A DNA stretch of 64,000 bases from Takakia lepidozioides (lineage: Eukaryota > Plantae > Bryophyta), in contig CM060731.1 of NCBI GenBank assembly GCA_030704615.1, forward strand, positions 13,206,001 to 13,270,000, read 5' to 3'. Numbering within the stretch: position 1 is the first letter of the stretch; each line of letters starts with the position of its first letter. The position numbers and the translations under genes were made by a program. Under the pieces are notes generated by a model that ran no database searches, was not told the DNA's origin, and worked only from the letters and a program-made list of their open reading frames with translations. Positions 23,700 through 35,985 of the stretch are shown here, piece after piece.

Positions 23700-25130
23700 A
23701 CCCATTGTCACTGGATGAGAGAGACGACGTATACGGCAGTTCCTGAGGGCTTACATGAATTGCTTTGCCTTCAGTTTGAAGGACTTCGGAGCACTGAAGG
23801 GTCAGGAAATTCGCATTGAGTTGGCCACTGACATGCCAATCTTTTTGAGACCCTATAGATACAGTGACATGGAGAGGTCCTTGTTTCAGATGAGGACTCA
23901 AGACCTCTGGGAGGCTGGTTTGGTGGAGCTATCTGATGGAGAGTATGCTTCAACCACAGTGATGTCAGCCAAGAATGATGTCTATGGCAATTGGATGGAG
24001 AGACGTATGTGCGGTGATTACTGGCCTGTAAATCGTCAGACCAAGTCCGATAAGTATGCCATGCCCACACCGGATGAGATCTTTGATGCCATTGGGCATG
24101 CTAAGGTCTTTAGCACTTTGGATTTATGATCTGGATATCACTAGTTGTCGATCAAGGAGGCGGACAAGCAGAAGACGACATTCTGGGAGATCAATGAGCA
24201 CATGAAGGATTGTCTATATCAGTGGCGATTCTTACCATTTGGGCTTAAGAACGCTCATGCAGAGTTCCAGAGAGTCATGGAAAAGATTATAGCAGGGGTA
24301 GAGTTTGCTCGGTGCTACATAGATGACATCATCATCTTTAGTGCTACGGTGGAGGAGCATGAGATACACCTTCAGGTGGTATTTGAACGCTTAAAAGCAC
24401 ATGGATTAAAGCTGCACCCGAGGAAGTGCAAGTTTTTCCATAACCAGATTGAATATCTGGGTCACATGATATATCCTGGAGGATTGGGGGTACAACAGAC
24501 TAAGGTAGAGGCCATTGCACAAATTCCACGCCCCACGGATGTGAGCCGAGTTCGAGCTTTCATGGGGTTGGCAAACTATTATAGACAGTTTATCAAGGGA
24601 TTTAGTGCCATTGCAAAGGCTCTAACCAAGCTGACCAAGGTGGACCAGGAGTGGCAGTAGGAAGATGAGCAGGAACGAGCTTTTCAAGAGCTCAAGGCGA
24701 GATTGACCTCGGCGCCCATCTTGAGACGACCTATCAGGGGACATCCCTTTTCAGTTGTATACGGACTGGAGCATGTTGGGGCTTGGAGCGATGCTCACAC
24801 AGGTGGATGATGAGGGAAGAGAGTTCATAGTGCCTTATGCTAGCCGCTCGAACAATGCTGCAGAGGCTAAATATAGTTCGTATGAGGGAGAGTGCTTAGC
24901 TGCAGTGTGGGCCGTGACACACTTCAGGTGCTATCTATACGGCAATCTCTTTACCCTTGTCACGGATCACCAGCCACTTAAGTGGTTGATGAAGTCAGAC
25001 AAGCTTACGGAAAAGCTTGCACGGCAGGCACTCATACTCCAGGAGTATGACTTTCAGGTTGTGCATCGACCTGGTTTGGTCAATCGGAATGCGGATGGAT
25101 TGAGTCGCAATCCATGCACGAGCCAGCAGG
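23700..25130 (+). pseudogene. Gypsy reverse transcriptase and RNase H
   Basis: RPYRYS...RMCGDY.PVN...MPTPDEIFD...FSTLDL; LPFGLKNA...YIDD (24316); VRAFMGLANYYR; YTDWS..GLGA.L...YASRS...YEGECLAAVWAV...TDHQPL...NADGLSR. Confidence 0.95.
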
Positions 25131-25459
25131 ATGACACTGGAGCTTGGTGGCATGGTGAGACGGACAGGAGATGGTGTCAGGATGACACGCATCTGCATTT
25201 TTGTATATCTTGGCAGCGGGAGGCCAGATTGGCCTACAACAGGGATGACTGTAGACAAAGTGTCTGAGGACCCTGAGGCTAGTGACGAGCCAGGTGGTGC
25301 TAGAGATATTCATGAGGATTCGGCTGTGTTAGACTACCTCCGTACTGGAAACACGGCAGCACTGCGACTGCCAAGAAGAGGGATCGAATCTTGCAACGAG
25401 CCAAGAGGTTTAAGTGGGAGGGGATACACCTGCTCCGAGTGTGGGAGGATGGTCGGGTG

Positions 25460-26749
25460 AGGATCCTGCCTCACCCCACACAGCGTGCTTGGTTAGTGCG
25501 GCATGCCCATGAGAAGTTGGGGCATTTTGGAGTGCGACGCACTCACAATTTACTGCAGGGGTAGTATTGGTGGCGTGGTATGCACACAGAGGTGAAACAA
25601 TTCGTGGCTAGGTGCATGGTATGTGATAGGGTGCGTGCTTTATTCAACGCCCCTACACCCCAGTTGCATCCTCTTCCGATCATGGGATTGGGCTACAAAT
25701 GGAGTCTTGACTTCGTTGGACCGTTGCCACTGACGATGCACCACCACAAATATGTGTTGGTGATGGTGGAACACTTTTCCAAGTGGATTGAGTTGGTTCC
25801 GTTGCCTGACAAGGCTAGTGAAGAGGCTGCGTATGCATTCTTAGATCGTGTGCTTAGCCGATTCGGTGCTCCAGCTGAGGTACTCACGGACCAAGGGAGA
25901 GAGTTCTTGGGGGAGTTTCAGGCTTTGTGTGATAAAGCCTTGATAGACCACCGCACCACTTCTCGGGATCATCCTAAGGCCGATGGCTTGGCAAAGAGAG
26001 CTGCTCAGACGGTGAAGAGGGGTTTGCGCAAATATGGCTTGCAGAAGGGACACTTAAGAGATTGGGATCTTCAGGTGCCTTGGTTAGCCATGGGCTACAG
26101 GTTCAGCAAGCAAGCATCACTTGCCTCATTCTCACCATATTTCTTTCTTTTTGGCCGAAAGCCGGATTTACCTACAGCCATTCGTAGGGACACTGCTCAA
26201 GTCCTTAACTTTGACGATCCGGACGTGTGGGTACGTACATATGATCAGCGTGCAGAGTTGTTCAAGAAAGTCATGCCCATGGCTTTTGAGAACCTTGCCA
26301 TTGCACAGCACCGTGACACGTTGAGGTATGCCACTATATGTGGTGGAGGATATTGTCATGAGGTTTGGAGGTTTAGCCCTGGTGACTATGTTTATTTGCA
26401 GCAGACTACTCCTACGACCCTGGAGGTGACTATAGGACGTGTTATTCTGAGGGTTCGAGAGGTGTTGCCCTCAGGAGTCCTGATCTTAGAGGGTCGAGAT
26501 GACATGACTTGGAAGGACCACGTGCGTAATTGTGTGCCATGTCACCTTCCCAATGTCGATGACATGATTGACCCAAACTTGACAGTGGTACCTGCAAGTT
26601 TGAGGTGCATGTTGTGTGGGTTTGCCAAAGAGGCAGCCACTATGCTGGTATGTGACCGATGCTCAAGAGGTTGGCACATAGGATGCTTGACACCACCTCT
26701 TGAGAAGGTTCATGATGGAGATTGGTTATGTCCACACTGCTTGGGATAG
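25460..26749 (+). CDS. Gypsy integrase with C-terminal PHD finger
   Basis: HEKLGHFG...CMVCD zinc finger; WSLDFVGPLP...VEHFSKW...FGAPAEVLTDQGREF; C4HC3 PHD CMLC...MLVCDRCSRGWHIGCLTPPLEKVHDGDWLCPHC at about 26606-26740. Confidence 0.93.
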
Positions 26750-27009
26750 TGATAGTGGATATGACTAGTGGCAGCTAACAAGACATGGGCAGCCAAGCTC
26801 ATAGGAGTCAATACACGAGATCACATACTCAAGTTCACAGGTTGCAAGACGGCGACTAACGATGGGGCTACTTTTGTACCCGGCCTCTTGATCTATCGAG
26901 TTTGAGTGTAGTAGAGATAGTGGTGGAGGACTTAGTGAGGCTATGGTCACTATCACATCTTGTGGCTACCTGGACTTAGAGGGACCTAAGCACCAGCTAG
27001 GGGGGCGAT

Positions 27010-27160
27010 TGTGGTGGACCAGTGATTGCAGCATAGTGGCAGCCTAGTGATTGGACTAGTGGCTGGACTAGTGTGTGGTGTGCACATGTGCTGTGTGGTT
27101 TTGGACAACGATGTAGTTGTGTAGCGATATGTATGCGCACGACACGCTGGAGGGTCTACA
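27010..27160 (+). repeat. Probable start of the 3' LTR of the DNMT-Gypsy (end uncertain)
   Basis: TG directly after a purine tract. No 5' LTR in the window for comparison. Confidence 0.5.
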
Positions 27161-29089
27161 CACTCCGCTCGTCGCCGTAAAATAACAAGACTTAGGAAAA
27201 TTTTAGAAAGAACAAGTATACAAAATGTTTACTTAATAACACACATTACCACCAGACAAAAATTGAACATCGAACCTCATACATATTATTGAATGCTCTT
27301 AACCATCACACTACCCACTGTTTTCTCAAAATCTTAGAAATATTTAATGTTTATCTGCATTACCAGAGCCTACAGGCAGGTCATTGGCTGGGACCTACCG
27401 CAGTGGACCCGCTTGCCTGGATCTAGCTACGACAGAGCACTCCAACAGGTAGAGGCGCCCCCCCCCCCCCCCCCCCACATGCACACACTGTGCATTAAAG
27501 ACCCTAATATCTTGTACCGAGAAGCCAACAACATTACATAGTGTCTTGTCGAGAAATTTAGGCATTATGAAATTTTTTGTGCCCTATATATTCTTTATGG
27601 GATTGCCCATTTGGCCTGCCACATGGGCAGGTCAATTGTGCCTTTTTTGCAAAAGCGCCCCTCCCCTCCACCCTTTGGAAATTTTTAGAGAAGGGAGCTT
27701 TAATTATTTTAGGGCGCTATAAATTCTCACATGTGCTCTTCCCAAATGTGCACCATTTACCTTCACGTTCACTTTCATCCACGGTCATCCACAAAAACTT
27801 ACATGTGGATGGAATCTGAAATGGGTGGCCTCGTCCTTTAAGAATGTATGAAATCCTTTTACAAATCGAGACGCTTGGAGGACCACATATATAATAGTAA
27901 TAGAATACTTCTATAATTAAGTAATATATAGAATATATGTAAGAAATATTATGTACAGACGAGTATTCTTCTGAATGTGGTGATCTCCTAACATTTGAAC
28001 CATAACTCCAAACTTAAGGCACATCTTACCTTCGTGCCGCTTAGGATAAAGGTTCATAGATCGTGTGATCAGGGAGCACAATCCACGGTTATATGGATAA
28101 TATGTTTGTAGACGGAAATACAAGTCATAGGCGGACATAGGGTACAGTTGCGTTGAGAGGGTCAATTAGTTCCATGGTCTATGAGTATATTTTAGCAAAA
28201 CAACTTCAAAATTTGTGCTCCCCTGAGCTCATTGGTGATACAAACCACCCGAAATAAATAAAAAATAAAAAGATAGTTCCATGTGAACCGTTGAGCATAA
28301 CAAACAAAAAAGCTATATATCCTTCAAAATATCATTCATTTACCCGGCGGGTATAGAAAAGTTGAATTGCTCTATGCTGCTTTTAAACTTGGACAGGGGT
28401 GTCATTTGGAGTTTTTGCCCGGTGTGGGCAACTCTAAGAGCTCACACTCTTTGGAATATTTGGAAAATTAGATGCTCTATGGTATATGAAGGGAAAAGAC
28501 AAAAGACCTTGTGCCAAATTGGTCGTGCATAGAGTTCACTTAGACAATATGTCTGAAGCAAGAAAAACGTGGTATGTTGTCTGTGCTGTTGTTGCTAGAT
28601 GCTTTGCAGCTACTCTCTCGCTTTGATAACTCATGGGGAAAATGAGGGCAATTGTGCACAAGAACCTGTTCTTCAAAGGTTACCTGGAACGACTGCTTCC
28701 CGGCATGTTGGCAGCTCCCTTAGTGCCCGTCAATCAGCGGAACTAGAGGATTCTGATGTGAACTGGCATCATAAGCGCACGCTTAGGAATGGCAAATCGA
28801 AAGCGCACCTTTCTCTAGGCCTTCATAATTCTTCTTCACTCTCTCTCCCCCCCCCCCCGGCCCCTCTGGACCTCTTTTCCATAGCCTCCTACAGAATTCT
28901 AGTTTTTTGGTTACGAGGCGGTGCCCCCTTTCTCGGCCTCATGGTTTTCCTTGCGAGGTTATTTTTTCCTCGTTCTCTATGTATTCCCAATTTTGTGATG
29001 AATAAAATTTTTCAGGGCCTTAGTCCCCTGCTTCTAAAAATAAATAAAAATAAAAATGGATAAATCATTTATCCTTACCCGGTATTTCT

Positions 29090-31580
29090 CCTTACTTGGT
29101 AAAAAATATTGTTGGAGAAAAGCCCATTTTGCTATTTTCTGCGAAATATATATAATCAATCTATGCAAAGCCCACTTTGCTGTTTTTTGCAAATTTCCAG
29201 CAAACAAAAGTATCAATTTATTTTTTTCCATGAATTTTTTCTATTATTGATATATATCTCATGTCGAGGCTTCAAATTTCCAGCGACCAGAAGTACTTGA
29301 AATTCGATCAATATGAAGCAAGATAGTTTGTTTGTTTGTTTTATTTGTTCTGGTTTCCATGAATTTATTCAGTAGTAATATATCCAATCATTGTTCGAGG
29401 AAAGCCCATATTGCTATTTTCTGCAAATTTCCAGGGACCAAAAAGTACTTGAAATTCCACCCATTTGTTTCCATGAATTTATTTTGAGTAGTAATAAAAT
29501 ATCCAATCAATCTATGCAAAGCCCTCTTTGCTGTTTTTCGCAAATTTCCAGCAAACAAAAGTACCAATTTATTTATTTTCCATGAATTTACTCTATTATT
29601 GATATATATCTCATGTCGAGGCTTCATATATCCAATCATTGTCCCAGGAAAGCCCACTTTGCTATTTCTCACGAATTTCCAGCGACCCAAAGCACTTGCA
29701 GTTCGACATCTCCCACACCGCAGGTCCAAAAGTCATGAGACCAAGCCGGTGCACCCCTCCTTCTCGAGGGCTTTCCAACGGTATCAAGCACCAGCGCCGG
29801 GGCCTCGTAGTTAAACAAAACAAACAAAAACAAAACAAACGTCTCCCTTCATATATTGACTAGGGTAGCCTGTGTTGTTGGCCCAAGTGTCCAGGGTCAT
29901 GTACATAAGCCCAAGTGCAATCTCCTATGCATTCAAGTGCGTCTCCTATGTCTAGGCCCAAGTATCACCTCCAGGGTAGCCTGTGCGGTTGGCCCAATTG
30001 TCCAATGTCATCCAAGTCCAAGTGCATCAATATATGAAGCAAGCCATATCTAATCATTTTTTTTCCACAAAGCCTACGACCAGATTTCTGATTTGTCATC
30101 TAAGTCCAAGTGCAATCCTCTTTGTATCTGCGTCTCCTATGTTGAGGCCCAAACGCAACCTCTAGGGTAGCCTTTACCGTTGGCCCAAGTGTCCAATGTC
30201 ATCTAGGTAAGTTTTTTTCCACACCAGATTTGAACCGGAGACCTTTCCCTTGATATTTCTCCCGTCGAGGAATCCCGTCCCAGGAATGCCCACTTCGTCA
30301 GTTTTGCTATTTTTTGTGAATTTCCAACGACCAAAAATACTTGGAATTCCACATCTCCCTCACCGCTTGTCCGAAAATCATGAGACCAAGCCGGTGCACC
30401 CCTTCTCGTCCAGGGCTTTCCAACGGCACCAAGCACCCGCGTTGGGGCCCGCGGTTTGGGAGATCTCAACGACGCTACAAAACAAAACAAAACAAACAAA
30501 ACAAACGTCTCGCTTCTTGTATTGATTATTACTCTCTTACATCTATCCACAGTGAAAATTTTGAGCAATTTTTTTTTCCTCAAAAGTCGTCATTTTGTTT
30601 ATTAGAGGGGAAAAATTAAACCCCATTGTTGCCATAGGGCAAAGAACACATCCATTGGATTAGGGACGAGCCCACACGAAAATGCAAATTCATAGATAAA
30701 AATCAATTTATGAAGCCAGATAGTTTGTCCCTTGTGTTTTGTTTTGTAGCGTTGAGATGTCACAGACCGCGGGCCAAACCTAGTGCTTGGTAAGAAAATA
30801 AAATATAGACACCTCCCGAAGGACTTCACCACAAGGGCTACCTTCCGGCTGAAAGGTGGACACCTTCATGACACACCAGACCGCGGTTTTGAACCCACAA
30901 CCACATCCAACGTGGTATGTGCCTATTACCACTGGGCTACATGCTGGTTGTCTAGTGCTTGGTAGAATTGGAAAGCCCTCTTGGTCTCAAATTTTTTGGA
31001 CATGCGGTGTGAGAGGTTGTGTTTTGTGTTGTAGCGTTGAGATGTCCGAGACCGCGGGCCATCCCTAGTGCTTGGTACAGTTGGAAAGCCCTCTATGAGG
31101 AGGGGTGCACTGGCTTGGTCTCATGATTTTTGGACCTGCGGTGTGGGAGATGTCAGATTTCAATTACTTTTTGTCGCTTGAAATTAGTGAAAATTAGCAA
31201 AGTGAGCTTTTCTGGGACAATGATTGGATAATGATATCAATATATGAAGCCTCGACACGAGATACATCAATATATGAAGACTGTATAGGAGAGGCACTTG
31301 GATACATAGGAGATTGCACTTGGACTTAAATGACATTGGGCACTTGGACCGACTTGGTTTCACAAAATTTGGACTTATGTGCCTAGAAATATAGAAATAT
31401 GAACAATTTTGGTCACTGAAAATTCCACCAAATTACAAAATTAAGTGTTGGAATGACAGTGGAGATGGCACTTGGGCTTAGATGGGCCTTAATATAGGAG
31501 ATGTACTTGGATATGCAGGAATTTGCACTTGGTCTTAGATTTCAATTCTTCACACATGGGCCAAGACTACCCTAGAAAGC
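29090..31580. repeat. Foldback-like non-autonomous DNA element made of direct and inverted subrepeats
   Basis: CATGAGACCAAGCCGGTGCACCCC...GGGCTTTCCAACGG.A.CAAGCAC at about 29734 and 30379 (+) and inverted at about 31070-31130. AAGCCCA/AAATTTCCAG and CCAAGTGCAATC subrepeats occur in both orientations. Confidence 0.7.
30793..30952 (-). mobile_element. tRNA-derived SINE (family A, copy 1)
   Basis: A box TAGCCCAGTGG, B box GGTTCAAAAC, T-rich tail. 12-bp TSD TAGTGCTTGGTA at 30781-30792 and 30953-30964. Homologous to 50398-50580. Confidence 0.85.
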
Positions 31581-31728
31581 CCTCAATGATAAGGGGTAAG
31601 ATCCTTGCAACGCGGGAAAAAACGTGTAAGGGAAAATCGTGTAAGGCTCGTCCAGCCGCAGAACGTGTGAGGGAAAATCAGCCGTTGGATCTATGGCATA
31701 GATCCAAAATTTCATTGGGCTTTACGCA

Positions 31729-32253
31729 GGTGAGGCATTATCCCGCGGGCTTCCAGTACCTCGCCCCCTATAATCCTCCGCCCTCACATTAGGCCTTGGT
31801 CCTCGAAGCCCCCTCGGGATAATGCCTCACCCTATACATAACTAAGGTTTGGAGGCATTTTGCCTACATGGCAGCGTTTGATTTGTCCTGGACAGGCCTG
31901 CCACCCGCCGTAGCCTGCCACCACCTTAGTTATGTCCCGTAGAGGGGGAGGCTGGGCCGGCTACCGGGTGTTGCCGACTCGCCTCGCAGGCTACCCAGTC
32001 CATAACCGGCTGATGCTGCATCTCGATGCTATGTTTGGCTGAGAGCAGCCCGGTTACTCACAATAACCAGTGACCTTCTCCTGATTTGCGACCTAATGCG
32101 TCCTCATTGGTCCACGAGTTCTCGTAACCCGTCTCATGTCCATAACCTCACATCAGATGGGGCAGGGCGGGAATGGGGAAGGTAGAAACTGGTAGGTTCC
32201 TGCACTGACATGCTATAGCCAGTCACCTACATCTCGATGCAGCATCAGCCGGT
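31729..32253. repeat. Cluster of short MITE-like inverted-repeat units
   Basis: GGTGAGGCATTATCCCG (31729-31745) with its reverse complement (31815-31831); ACATAACTAAGGT with reverse complement (about 31837-31935); ACCGGCTGATGCTGCATC with reverse complement (about 32006-32253). Confidence 0.65.
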
Positions 32254-32462
32254 CATGTTCACGTACCGTAGTGGGAAGGCTGATCCGGCAGTGAAGTGCC
32301 GAATATTTATTTTCTTTACAACAAAACACTTCGGCACAACTTAAGGAAATTTCTAGATTTACGGCACTGCAACGAGGAGATTTTAAGTAATTCGGCGGTG
32401 ACTCCCTGCATGAACTTGCTCTATCTACTGTACCAGATGTGATAAAAGAATTATTTACCAAC

Positions 32463-32570
32463 AGTCCATAGCTCAAATGGTTAAGTGCACTGAGTGCCAC
32501 CCAGATGATTCTGGGGTCAAATCTTGCTACTGACGGGTGTGGTATGGGTCTTGGGCGGTGTCCCACTCAT
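32463..32570 (+). mobile_element. Degenerate tRNA-derived SINE-like head (family B-like)
   Basis: TAGCTCAAATGGTTAAGTGCACTG...GGGTCAAATC. Shares TAAGTGCACTG with 37001-37249. Confidence 0.5.
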
Positions 32571-32761
32571 TCGCCTCCATGGTTGTGATGCCCCAAACTT
32601 TCCTCATCACAGATTTACCTTATTCATCCAAAGCGGCGATACTCATTCACAGTATAAATTTTTGGCTTAAAATACCATTGAACCGTTACAAAGATATCAT
32701 AGCCAAGGTTATTTATGGCTGGTGGCTGCATCATGGCTGTTCAAAAAATCTAGGGTTTTGA

Positions 32762-35700
32762 TGTGGTGCCGCGGGCTCAGCCTGACACGCCTCGCCACGC
32801 GTCAGGAAGGCATGCAGCTAGGGTTTGTATAAAGTGGCGGCTTGACCTTGTGTCAGGCAGCTGATGTACTCTGGTGTATGTAGATGTGGAAAGTTGTCTG
32901 AATGCGATACGTTTGTATGATTTTCTGTCAGTTCGCTCGTTGAGATCCTCCTCTCGCGTGCATGCACGCTCCTCTTGTTCTCCCCCCGTTGTTTTGAAGA
33001 GCACTTGAGAGGATAGGCAGATATTCGTCCTGCTTCTTTTATGGTGGAGACGCCGGGTATTTTCCTTGATCATTCAAACGGCGTGCTTAGGTTAAGATTA
33101 AGAGCTCCTCGGTGTTTTATAAAGATGGCGGCAGCCCGCCACCCTGCAGTGTATTTGCTTAGTGTTGAGTTCTCTCCATGCTTGCTCGTTAATCTTGCTT
33201 ATGTTTCAGACTTTGGCGTCTCATGTGTCGATTACTAGAAGTGCTGTTAATCGTGAAGGCGAGCACTTGCATGTAGAGCTTGATATGGTCATTTCACTTT
33301 ATGCTTCATCTGCTAACCCTCCTTCTTCCAGCACGCCGCCTGGCACTCTTGCCTTGCCGATGTTGCCGGTGCGTGGAGATAATGCTGTTGATTCAGGTCT
33401 TGTTGTCCGCTTGAATTCACCTAGTCCTAGTGAGGAAGCTAATCTAGCTGCAGCCGAGGCTTGGTCGCCAAGCACTGCGAGGTCCGGTTCATTGGATAGC
33501 TGTGATCCAGAGTATTACAATTTTGACAACTATCATGATCCAGGGCCCGATTACGTCTGTCCCAGAGAGCAGGAGCGAGAATTTGAGAGGGACATAGCTC
33601 GTTCACAGGAATATGATGCTACAGTGTGTAACTTACTTTCTGTTGATCAATTCTGGTTTGACAAGATAGAGATTGCGGTGCAACGAGACATATCCTACTT
33701 CACTGAGAGTCGAGTTTTGGCGCCCAGACAGCGGTGATCGTTGCGGACTCTCTCTCTGCGACAAGGCAAGTTGTGGCTTCGAGGAATGCTGCTCGTCTGT
33801 CTCATGATGTGGTCAAGTCCCGTTTCTTGAATCATCAGGCTCTGTCGTGGAAAGAAGTGGGGCTTCATCTTCCTTTATCTATTGAACGTGTTCACCGTGA
33901 TTGGCTGGTTTCCTCCTTTGTCGAGTCATCTTGGCTGTCGTTAGCTCTCCAAGGTACGGGCTCTCTCGTTCTACATCTTCTTCGTTTTCATCACGAGCCT
34001 GCAAGGGTCTGCCACTGTCGATCGACCTACTTCAAGGACTGTCGTCGGATAGTCTGTTTGGCCGAGCTTCCGACATTGTCATTTTGCCAGGGACTTTATT
34101 TGACGATCAACGGCTTGTCAGACCTGAGATGCTTGAAAATCTTGATCGCTTTCCTGTTGATTCAGTGCTATCTCGCATTTGGGAGAAGGAGAACTCTACC
34201 TGTGTGTCCTTTTGGGTCAAGACCACGAGCACGTGGAAATGGTGAGCGCTCTCCATGCACGATTCTGACTCTCACGACATCACCAAGGTGATCTCCTGTT
34301 CGACCTGGCCTTGAATTAAGGATGATCGTGGTATTGCGGGCTGCTATAGCAAATTGCTACCCATCCCTGCTCGCCGACTTTGGCTTAATCAGAACTCTTG
34401 TTGGTATTCGTTGCTTCCAGGTTATCTCTCTACTATTCCTATATCTTGTCATAGTTTAATCAGAACAAAATATTTTCTTGTTCTTGTTTGGACTCGTTGC
34501 TTCTTGTTGTATGGTAAGAAACACTGTTAATACTTGGCTGAGGTCTGGGAGGCAACGTGTTGCGATGGATGCTCCCGATCTGGCCACAACGGAATCAGCC
34601 GCTGTTGAGGTCAGAGAGCCGGGTCTTCCATCACCTACAGGTAATTTGAGTGACAATCCGTGAATGCAACATGGGATGGTAAGTCTAGATGAGGGATCGC
34701 CTCCACCAGAGGCCAGTCTCTATACTGATTTATCTTGTGAAGATGGTATTGTTTCCCAAGAATTAGATGATGTTCAGGTGACGCCCGCTGGTCTCACAAA
34801 GATAGTGCAATTTGAAGTTCGAGGGGTCACTATGTTGCCTGGCAATGGGCCTGTGGTGCCAAGTGTAGTTGGTACTGGTAATTTTGTCACTAACAAGGGC
34901 CTGTCTGCAGCTACTCATAAGCTAGCCTCTACTCGACTCAAGTTACAGGAGCCAGTCCTTTGGGTGGTATTTCCAGGCATGCCATCCATCCCCCTTCTTT
35001 AGACCCGATTGCTAGTAGTGTATGCAATGCAAATGTGCAAGTCTCAGTGGGAAGGGCTAATGTGAGCGGTATGCCAACCCCGTCAAATGCTCGTGTCAAC
35101 GTAGGAACTGCTGCTGGTTTGCCTATTTCTATGGTGCATGTTCCTAATCCCGCTCTTGGGGGAGGAATTGGTGTGTCTGTGACTTCTGGATAGTCTGTTG
35201 GTATGAATATTGCTTGTTCTAGCTCTAGTGTAGGCGGTCAGTCAGTCCAGCAATTGGGAAGGCCACCCATTCCCACCATGAGTGGAGTGGCTCCAAACCA
35301 AGCAGCCATGGTCAGTCAAACTGTTCAGTCAAGGCCTGTGTTTCATGCACCCCAGGTGGGCGTGACAACATTACCGCCTAGCCTGCCATCTTTGTCATTT
35401 CAAGGTCCCTCTAATGTCATGAGTAACAACTATGTCCCGGTTACTAGTGGGGTCCATGCTGTGAATACAACCACCAATCAGACTCAGGCTATGGCTCATT
35501 GCTGCCCGGCCCATGGATCTGCTCAGCCTGGTCACATGAATCATAGTCTGCCCTGTCATTTGCTTCCTCAGCTCACTACCCAGCCCTATCCAGAATACAC
35601 AATGGGAGAAGACTTTGATAGAAATCTCCAGATGTTTGAAGTGATTGCTAATGTGAATGGTGTGCCTGAGAATTTTAAAATGACAATTTTTAGAATGAGC

Positions 35701-35985
35701 ATGAAGGGCCCAGCCCGTGACTTGTTGCATGCAGCTGTCATGGATGACCCCCATCTCACTTGGGCATCCTTTGTGGAATGGGCTAAAACCCTGTTCAAAC
35801 CACCTGAAAGACCCTTGGACTGCTTCACCAAATTGAGCTCCAAGACTTACCAGCCAGGAGAGTCATTGTGGAAGTATTACATGGATCTAAAATTTGCTGC
35901 TGCAGAATATATCATTGATCTAGCAGAACGTGATCGTATGGTGAAGACATTTTTTTTTGGCCTTTACCTTTTATCCGTAGGATAA
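32762..35985 (+). mobile_element. Truncated LTR retrotransposon: probable LTR/leader plus gag
   Basis: TG start and TATA-like TATAAAG at about 32828. Degenerate PBS-like TTTAATCAGAAC at about 34454. Gag motifs in ORF 35203-35985 (PEYTMGEDFD..LQMFE..ANVNG...TWASFVE...YQPGESLWKY). No pol. Confidence 0.65.

Larger units (their letters stand above)
20850..27160 (+). mobile_element. Ty3/Gypsy LTR retrotransposon encoding a DNMT3-like methyltransferase and a PHD finger (5'-truncated, degenerate)
   Basis: CCHC knuckle (CGHCGKFGHGEA*C, about 20868-20910), protease, DNMT, RT, RNase H, integrase, PHD, then a PPT-like AGGGGGG at 26999-27005 and TG at 27010. Confidence 0.9.

Noticed and set aside
27245-27320. 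Minus-strand tRNA-like A/B box sequence
   Set aside because: Too degenerate, with no cloverleaf, tail or TSD.
33162-34291. ORFs of 191 and 185 aa as genes
   Set aside because: They lie in the probable LTR/leader of a truncated retroelement and show no recognisable domain.
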